Below the pieces are notes generated by a model that was not told the origin of the DNA, made no database searches, and saw only the letters and a list, made by a program, of their open reading frames with translations. Of a stretch of 64,000 bases of DNA, positions 56,479 through 64,000 are shown piece after piece; the first letter of the stretch is position 1, and each line of letters begins with the position of its first letter. The translations under genes were made by a program, and so were the position numbers. Location of the stretch: NCBI GenBank assembly GCA_000320545.1, contig ADNK01001636.1, positions 52,495-116,494 on the forward strand, written 5' to 3'. The stretch is from Bigelowiella natans CCMP2755. Taxonomy: Eukaryota; Protista; Cercozoa.

Positions 56479-57062
56479 TAATATATATATCAGCGGGTTT
56501 CAAGAATGGCTTTCGTTTTGCGAGCAGCTTCCATGCCATGAGGTCTCACTTTGCAATCAAGATCCGTGATTATGAGTGTCGGAATAGTTTTGACAGGAAA
56601 TACATTCCTGGTTTTAAATTTGAATTTCTTCAGCTCTTTGAAAGGGATCGAGTAGAAGGTCGAATTTTTGTGATGATCCTAAATTGGAAAGACAAGACAG
56701 GACAAAGTAATTCATTTATATGAAGCTGAAACATCTCCATAGAGTAAAAAAATAAAATAAAACCGACCCGCATATCCTTCTCTGCAATATCTTCACTGAC
56801 AAGAATGAGAGTGAGTCTTCTCCCTTCCTCCGTGAAGATCTTATTACTGCACACACTTTGCAGCATCGACGAGAATTGTCTACATTCGGACTTCCAGTAC
56901 GTAGAGAAGAAAAATCCGATGTAGTCCGACTCGCTCAGCACGGAGTTTGTAAGTGTCGTGTGAAACATCCCAGGGCGTAGCAACAAATTTCCGATGTAAT
57001 CCTGCATTATTGCATGCGAACATTCGTTCATCCATATACCTGGTATCGATACCATATGGCAC

Positions 57063-57109
<47 letters not shown>

Positions 57110-58430
57110 CGAGATACACATGTGTGAGTCCAGCTGCGAACCTGGATCCCGTTGCTTGGTATTGAGCCAAATCGAAAGATTTTGGGCTTGTTCTTGCCGC
57201 CACTGTTGTAGCTTGCAGGAGAGCCTAGTGGGCTGGTACTTACCTCCGTAGGTATGTCCATGCTGCCCCATCTACTAAAGTTCTGAGAAGAAAACGATAG
57301 ATGTCCAGTAGGAGACGCGGGAGCGGACGAAACTAAGTTTTTTGGCGAGCATGGCCTGTATGATCCACATTCATAAGAGAATATCAAGTTACCGAATGAG
57401 CAATTGCCCAATCGAATGCAATCCTTTGATGGGAATCGAAATCGCATCGTAGTTTTTTTGTAACATAAGTTTCTCTCAGCTACCTGCTGGCACCTCTAGA
57501 ACTGAACCCAGAAATCGTGTATTCTCCCGCCCGCTTCAGTTTGCTTCGAGCCTCCCTCATGATTGATGTGCGGTGTACGGGGCTGTCAACGGCCTCCTTT
57601 TTGATCGGGATAGGACTTTTCCCCTCAGCCCTTCGAATCCTTGGAGAATTTACAATCCTCCGAATGCACGGCTCTTCAGGCTCCAGTGATTCCTCTGGAT
57701 CACGAGGCTTCCATACAAATATAGCATAGCATTATGACACTAACACTTATGGTGCTGGTGGTGATTAATTTTGAGAACCAAAAGTATCATCTAAGAACTT
57801 GATTTCGCTCTAAATCTCTGGACATGATGATGATGATGGTGATGATGGTATTGATGATGATAACCGACGATCGTGATGATGGGATGATGGTGGTGTTGTT
57901 GGTGATGCTTGTGGTTAGAGAATCTACCCCGGTGATGTTGTCCAGGCTTCCGAAGTACTTGGGTGATTTCGGGGGGGAACGAATTTTCCCCCCGCCCTCT
58001 CTTACACGGCTGGCGTACAGCATTCCTCAAGAATTCTTTCGAATCTATCCTCGAGTATCCTAATAATCATTATCACCATTATCTCATTGTCATATGTATT
58101 GTTTTCTTCGGCGTTTTCACCCTCCTCCTCCTCTCTTTATAGCCATCTACTTTGTTTTCATCACCTTACTCGTTGTTTCAATGCTACTGAAATGGGCAGA
58201 ACGATGAGCCCCACAGAAAACCGTGCAGTTCTCCACTCTCCCCCCACCAAATGATGAAAATTCTGAAACAGTCAATGTATTCTCCTCTATTTACCTTCTG
58301 CGACATATAAATCGGCCTGTCGCAGAAGGGGAATACGCAAGATTTAGGTGCTGATCTACCCACAGTTATTTTACTGATGAAATATTATCCAAAAAATGAT
58401 ATTTTGCGATTGAACATCGGCGGCAACATC
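55678..58430 (-). CDS. Nucleoredoxin/tryparedoxin-like thioredoxin-fold protein with degenerate active site, N-terminal low-complexity region and acidic tail
   Basis: YIGFFFSTYWKSECRQF...LILVSED...FYSIPF...FPVKTIPTLIITDLDCK|VLTMDG matches the NRX pattern (LYFSAxWCPPCRxF...IPTLVI). Both ends are uncertain. Confidence 0.7.
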
Positions 58431-58729
58431 TCACTCTTGATGTTCTACGAGCTCTTTCCTGTCTGCTTTTGTTCGGGTGTTAATTTGACACTTTTCTGGC
58501 CTTTTCAAATATGATATTCCTAGGATGTTCTCCGTATTCTCTGTTACACGCGCTTTTCTGAGGTTACATTGTTGTTAGTATATCCTTGGTAGAATTCTTC
58601 TTTTTCGATATTTCCACTTTGTTATTATTTCCTTTACGCCAAGCAGTAACCAGGAATCCCCTCCCAGCTCTCTCTTGGTTTGAGCAAGGCTTGGGAGAGG
58701 AAGTTGCTGCGGCCCATGCCGACTGATCA

Positions 58730-60532
58730 ATGAGGAGGATAAGAAAAGTCGGGGTCGCAGCCTGTGCTGTCTCATTATTACTCTTAGGCCTCATCATCGT
58801 CACCAAGTAAGCATACCGAACTTCCCCTCACCGTCGTAACTCATCCGTACCTTGCTCATCTAGGAGATGGGGCATTCCATTTTCCAGAGCGCCAGCACCT
58901 TCATTTCTTCGAAGTTCGTCTGTGTGGGAGCATCCGTCGCAGTTTCCCGAGACCCCCTCGCCCAGGATTTCTGAGTGGGGTGTCTATACCCCGCACCTCA
59001 AATCTCCATTCACGTAACAATGCTGCGTCCATCACCTTTGAAGAATTAAAATAGCCGCACAGCACACACAGCATTACGTTTTCAGCATTCATTGTGATGA
59101 AACAACAGTACATCATCAATAACCAATGCTGTTCCTCAAGAACCCAGTTTCGTTCTGTACTCATCATTACACACACTCTTATCCTTCTGCAGCTCTTCGA
59201 TAGTCCCTCCCGCCGACGGCGAAATTAGCAATGCTGAAGGCACTAGGCCTCATAGCCCTGGTAGCAAAGGGGTAATCAAGGAAGCAGCCGGAATAAAATT
59301 CGGGAGGGATATCGATCGCCAGGCTGGAGCGACTACTCCTACAGTAGCACGCAGCTTTGTTTTTGCAAATAACAAGGTAGCAGTAGTAGTAGTAGTAGCG
59401 CGCAGACTGTTGTCGAATGGATTGTACGAACTACTTTTCGTAATCCTACTGTTCTGGCTACATCCGCAGTGCTACATTCTTTCCTTCCCTCCCTCCCCTC
59501 ACCCCCCCCCCCCCCCCCCCTCTCTCCCTCGCCTTTTCTCTCTATATGTTTGTGTGTCCGCGTTGTGTTATGTACGGTGCATAATCCAGCTGCAGTCTTA
59601 TTACTTCATATGCTGCACATGTCGATATTCAGGGAGGTGTTGGCAAGTCTACGTTACTTTTCAATCTTGTCACAGAATACGCATGGAAGCATCCAGAGGT
59701 AGTGGTAGTTGTAGTAGCAGTAGTAGTAGTAGTAGTAGTAATAGTAGCAATGCTACAAGATCTGGTTGAGTAGGGAGGCAACGTCATCGATTTTGACGTC
59801 ATTGCTGCTCCTCAGGCGCTCGTTTATGTTTTTGTACTTACAGGTGAATGTGCTAGTGGTGGATCTTAGCTTATATGCAGATTCCAGCACTTTGCTATTG
59901 GGAGGAACACGAAAGGTGCGGCCTTTTATTGTCGCTTGTTGCTGATCTTCCTAGGATTCTCAGCATCAACACTACCACTACCACTACTATTGCTGCTGCT
60001 ACTACTACTACTACCAATTTGTGGGGAAGGAAGGGGGTGTCTTTGATGAACCTTTGCTATTGCATATAGAAAAGCCACAACTGGTCTAGTGATTGGTACT
60101 GCAAAGTAAATAAACCACAAACTACTAACACACACAGGAAGACGGGATCCAAAGAGGGAGGTTGCTGCTGCAGCGCATTCCGAAGAAATACTGCGCTTCT
60201 GGTCGATGATGCCTTTACTCCTACCTGCTACAATGCTGATTGCAATTTTGTGCTGCTGCAGGCCTGATTTCAGCTCTCTTGAAGGTGCATGATTCAGACA
60301 ACTAGCCGACAACGATGGCGCTCAATACTGCTCTCCCTTTTGTTGTTGCTGCTGCTGATAATGATGATGACGACCTTCTCTTTGTGTATGTGCATGGCAA
60401 TCAATACAAAGATACCGTTTTTGTTTTCATGTGATATCGGACTTATTCATAATGCTGCTGCTGCTACTGCTGCTGCAGTTTGCGACAGAGGCCCGCTTGA
60501 GTAAATCATGGTAGTAGCACTAGTAGTAGTAA

Positions 60533-60564
<32 letters not shown>

Positions 60565-60869
60565 ATAACCATTCGTTTCCATGTGCACTCATATACTCAT
60601 GAGAAATTACATTCATATCAATGAAGAGCCTTTCGAATAAAGCTCAATCATGCAATCACACTCTCCCCCCCCCCCCTTTTTGCGCACAAATACTCCATTG
60701 CCAACCACATCAATCGTCTTTCCTCTTCCTCCTCTCGTCCTCTTCTGTTTCTTCTTCTTCTTCTTCTTCCTTAAGGTGGCCAAATCGCTTCTGGTTCAAG
60801 ACGCAGTCCTTCGATTTCGCAAGGTTCTCCTCACGCGTTGGCCTCCATCCTTAGCAAGGACGATACATC

Positions 60870-60910
<41 letters not shown>

Positions 60911-61296
60911 ATACACACACACACACATAATATGAAGGTGTTGCTCTGTCGTTGTTTACGTGTCTAATTGTGTGATTGATTGATTTACTTATCTGCTGGA
61001 ACGGTTTGGCCACCATCCTCTCTCCACAGGCATTGCATTCCCTTGCAAGATAATGTGTACTTGCCGCATGCACCTCCAAATATATTCCTTTCTGCTGGAG
61101 GGCCTGAGTTAAGAGAGGTAGCGAGGGAAAGGAGGAGGAGTTGTAGTAGCAGTAGTAGCAGTAGTAGCAGTAGTAGTAGTAGTAGCGGATATCATCGTTC
61201 TCCATGTTGATATGCATAATTTTTCTGCTGTCGGCTGCATTATTTAGGCGATATCCGAAAAGAGCTGGGAATCAGCATGTAGCAACATCAACATAT

Positions 61297-61334
<38 letters not shown>

Positions 61335-61656
61335 TATTTCGGCCTAAGAAAATACTGCACAGTCAAAAAAACCGACCAGGAGCACGTTATATGTTGTCCT
61401 GCATCGCAGTGGGAAGAGAGAGAGAGAAAAAAAGAAAACAAGTCGGCGTTACTCGCACGCAGTACATAGGATATAGCTCCAGAGGAATGATCGTCCAAAA
61501 ATGCTGCTGCACTGTGTTTACATAAAACAAACGATGGTTCACCCTAACCCCCCCCTCTATTCCAATTCCAAGGCTACGCCCTGCGCAAGTCAATGGAGGC
61601 TGAGATCTGTGACCCTGATCTGGGATATTCTCCTGAGGATAAAGCACGTAAGCATA

Positions 61657-61687
<31 letters not shown>

Positions 61688-61720
61688 GGCAGCAGCAGCA
61701 GGAGAGATCTGATATATATA

Positions 61721-61787
<67 letters not shown>

Positions 61788-63655
61788 AATGATGATGATG
61801 GTAGAAGGACGATATCGACAGTGGGCGATTTTCTTCGATACCGACCATGAAATACACACTCCATACGCGACGCTAGCCTTAGGGTATGACGTCTCACAAT
61901 TGAATGTGATTTGTGGATATTTACGTGTGCACTACATCCTCCCCCCAAAAAAGCCACTTAAACCTTTACGTACACAGGGAAGAATGATTTCCTATTAATA
62001 TTAGTATCATTTGCATTAATTGTGTTGGGATAGATAATTGTGTTTGCCTACCTACACGTCATGTATAACTGCACAATACCCCTTCGCTTGTTTCCTCATG
62101 GGGGAAATGGTGAGAGACGTGGTACCTGAGTCGCCGTCGTTCGTTTCTATACGCCATTCATACGTCGGCTAGAATGTGGTCTCCGCCATCGTCACGATGT
62201 GCCTTAGTTGAGTTCCTTTCGATTATTCTCAGATCTGCGGAGAGACTGTTAGTTCCATTATCTCTAGATGAGGTACGTACTGTATATCTTGAAGTAAGGA
62301 GGAGGAGGAGGAGGAGGGGCACTCAGGCACCAGCACCAACGCCATTCTTCTCATGATAGAGCGAGAGAGGGGCTGGTGATGACGGTGGTCTTTGAACCGT
62401 ACGATTCAATCGTCACCACCGACGAAATCATCATCATTATCATCATCATCATCATCACCATCATCACCATCATCATCATCATCATGCTTTTGGCTGGATG
62501 GGGGCGCATACATGCTGATGGAAGCTGTGCTGCTGCTGCTGCTGGTGGTGGTGGTGGTGAATTTGTGGGACAGAATGATTATGATCGTTTGTTTGTGGGC
62601 GACATCGCTTTATTTCCGGTAAAATGAAATTCCTCTCCCTCCCCCTCTCCCCCTCCTTCTCCCCCGCCTCCCTTGCTTTGGATCGATGGTGATGGTGATA
62701 GTGTATTGCACAGCCTAACTCTGCTCTGCAACTCGATATATGATGATGCGGAGTGCCTCTCAAAGCGTGGTGGTGTTGAATCGTGTTTCCTTCTGTTCTT
62801 TGAAGGTGCTGGAGCGATTGGACAATGAGGGATTCCTGAAGGCGAAGATTGACCGGTTTGTCTTCAACAGAGTGAAGAGCGTCAATAACGAACCGTAAGT
62901 GCTATTAAAACGTGCGTGACGATGATGATGACGACGACGACAACAACAACAAAAACAACACATCCTTTCTTAAATTCGATAAGATGCTGGAAATATTGAC
63001 GAGATCATTCTTTGTTCCAACTAATGTGTTCGTGTGTGTGTGTGTGTTTACGTGTGCGTTTGGTGAATAAAGGTTTAAAGATCCGAAAACAGGGGGGCGA
63101 CTGACATTTCATCCCGCACAATTAGACCTGCAAGAAGTGATGAGAAAGATCTTACATTTTTATGAATTCCCTGCGTTCGTTTCGCCAGCAGGAGGGGGGG
63201 AGGATGGATGGGATGTGAAAGGCGCACACGTGTGCATATTTGAGCTCCTCCTTACTAATTTCTATAAACCGTTGATGATGGTTAAACACAGATGAAAGTA
63301 ATCGTTAAGGACCTTCATTCACGGTATCTTGCTGGAATGCATAAGGTTATTGAATAAGAAGAAAAGAAGCGGCTGCTCGATCATTTTGAAGCCTGAGTAT
63401 CAAATGAGTCAACTTGACGATGTCATTCCGGGAAGGTATTCCTTGATGCGGATATGGTTGGGAGCTCGAATCAACGCTTCTTTCAACGGTACATAGATTT
63501 TACCAAGTTTTGCCTTCGTACTTGCATGAGACGATTTGGCTGTTTGGCTCAGATATGTCACGGCCTTACGTCTGGCAGGGTAGCAACGCTTAAAGCACAA
63601 AGAAGCAGCATTGCCTCCCGGCACACATAGACCGACTTTCTCCATCATCCACAAA

Positions 63656-63695
<40 letters not shown>

Positions 63696-64000
63696 TGCAG
63701 CAGATACACCCACAAACACACACAAATCCACTTAATTGTAAGCACATGCCCATGAGTTCCTAAAATCTCTTTCAGATCAAACGCAATCAACCTGAGCAAG
63801 TCGAAGGTAGTAGTAGAGCGTCGGTATATTTTAAACATTTTAAATATTTAAATATATTTAAGGCCCTCTCTCCGATGTGAATAGAAACAACAATGATGAA
63901 AATAAATAATCACCAGGGAATAGCTCTCACCGAGTTGGATTCCACTGCCAGTGCTCATGTTGGCAAGGGTCTTGATGCTGCCGGTGGAGGGGGGGGGGGG
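58730..64000 (+). CDS. ParA/Soj/MinD-class (SIMIBI) P-loop ATPase with N-terminal hydrophobic leader, many introns, 3'-truncated by the window
   Basis: SFVFANNK (ends 59376) | GGVGKSTLLFNLVTEYAWKHPE (from 59633) | VNVLVVDLSLYADSSTLLLGG; later NIFLSAGG, AIFFDTD, AERLLVPL and FVFNRV. Leader MRRIRKVGVAACAVSLLLLGLIIVTK. Confidence 0.82.

Larger units (their letters stand above)
3000..63700. repeat. Abundant, mostly intronic microsatellites: (TA)n, (CT)n, (CA)n, (TTC)n, (GAT)n, (AGT)n, poly-G/C
   Basis: Directly visible, e.g. (TTC)n ~3489-3533, (TA)n ~3592-3627, (AG)n ~23010-23055, (TG)n ~32420-32470, (CA)n ~57060-57107. Confidence 0.95.

Noticed and set aside
3399-63838. Numerous short ORFs with poly-L/I/M/H/E, YIYI, CVCV or SLSL runs
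   Set aside because: They are translations of intronic microsatellites or antisense frames of real exons, e.g. poly-E in 13178..13576 is an intronic (GAA)n.
1-64000. CRISPR arrays, tRNA/rRNA genes, autonomous transposons, or a prokaryotic operon or defence island suggested by ParA plus NTase
   Set aside because: No repeat-spacer arrays, RNA gene signatures or transposase/RT motifs were seen. ParA and NTase are about 26 kb apart, contain spliceosomal introns and are separated by ordinary eukaryotic genes.

Overview
Eukaryotic nuclear DNA: gene-dense and intron-rich, with GT-AG introns full of microsatellites. The signal-peptide plus transit-like leaders and the intron style resemble an alga with a secondary plastid, such as a chlorarachniophyte; this is inference, not a verified taxonomy. 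Most ORF-track entries are microsatellite or antisense artefacts. Manual exon stitching gives 12 supported genes, in order: multidomain SET protein (+), ascorbate-type class I heme peroxidase with signal peptide and C-terminal KTEL (-), RING protein ending in a CaaX box (+), full-size ABCA transporter (-), Rubisco-LSMT-like SET methyltransferase (+), bacterial-type nucleotidyltransferase with signal peptide (+), Btk-motif zinc-finger protein (-), secreted coiled-coil protein (+), CCR4/nocturnin-like EEP nuclease (-), snurportin-1 (+), nucleoredoxin-like protein lacking CxxC (-), and an intron-fragmented ParA/Soj-type ATPase with an N-terminal leader (+, runs off the window). Gene orientation alternates almost perfectly: short head-to-head intervals alternate with TGCA/CATG-rich tail-to-tail spacers, one of which holds a MITE-like foldback. 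Exon boundaries were read by eye and need RNA-seq confirmation.
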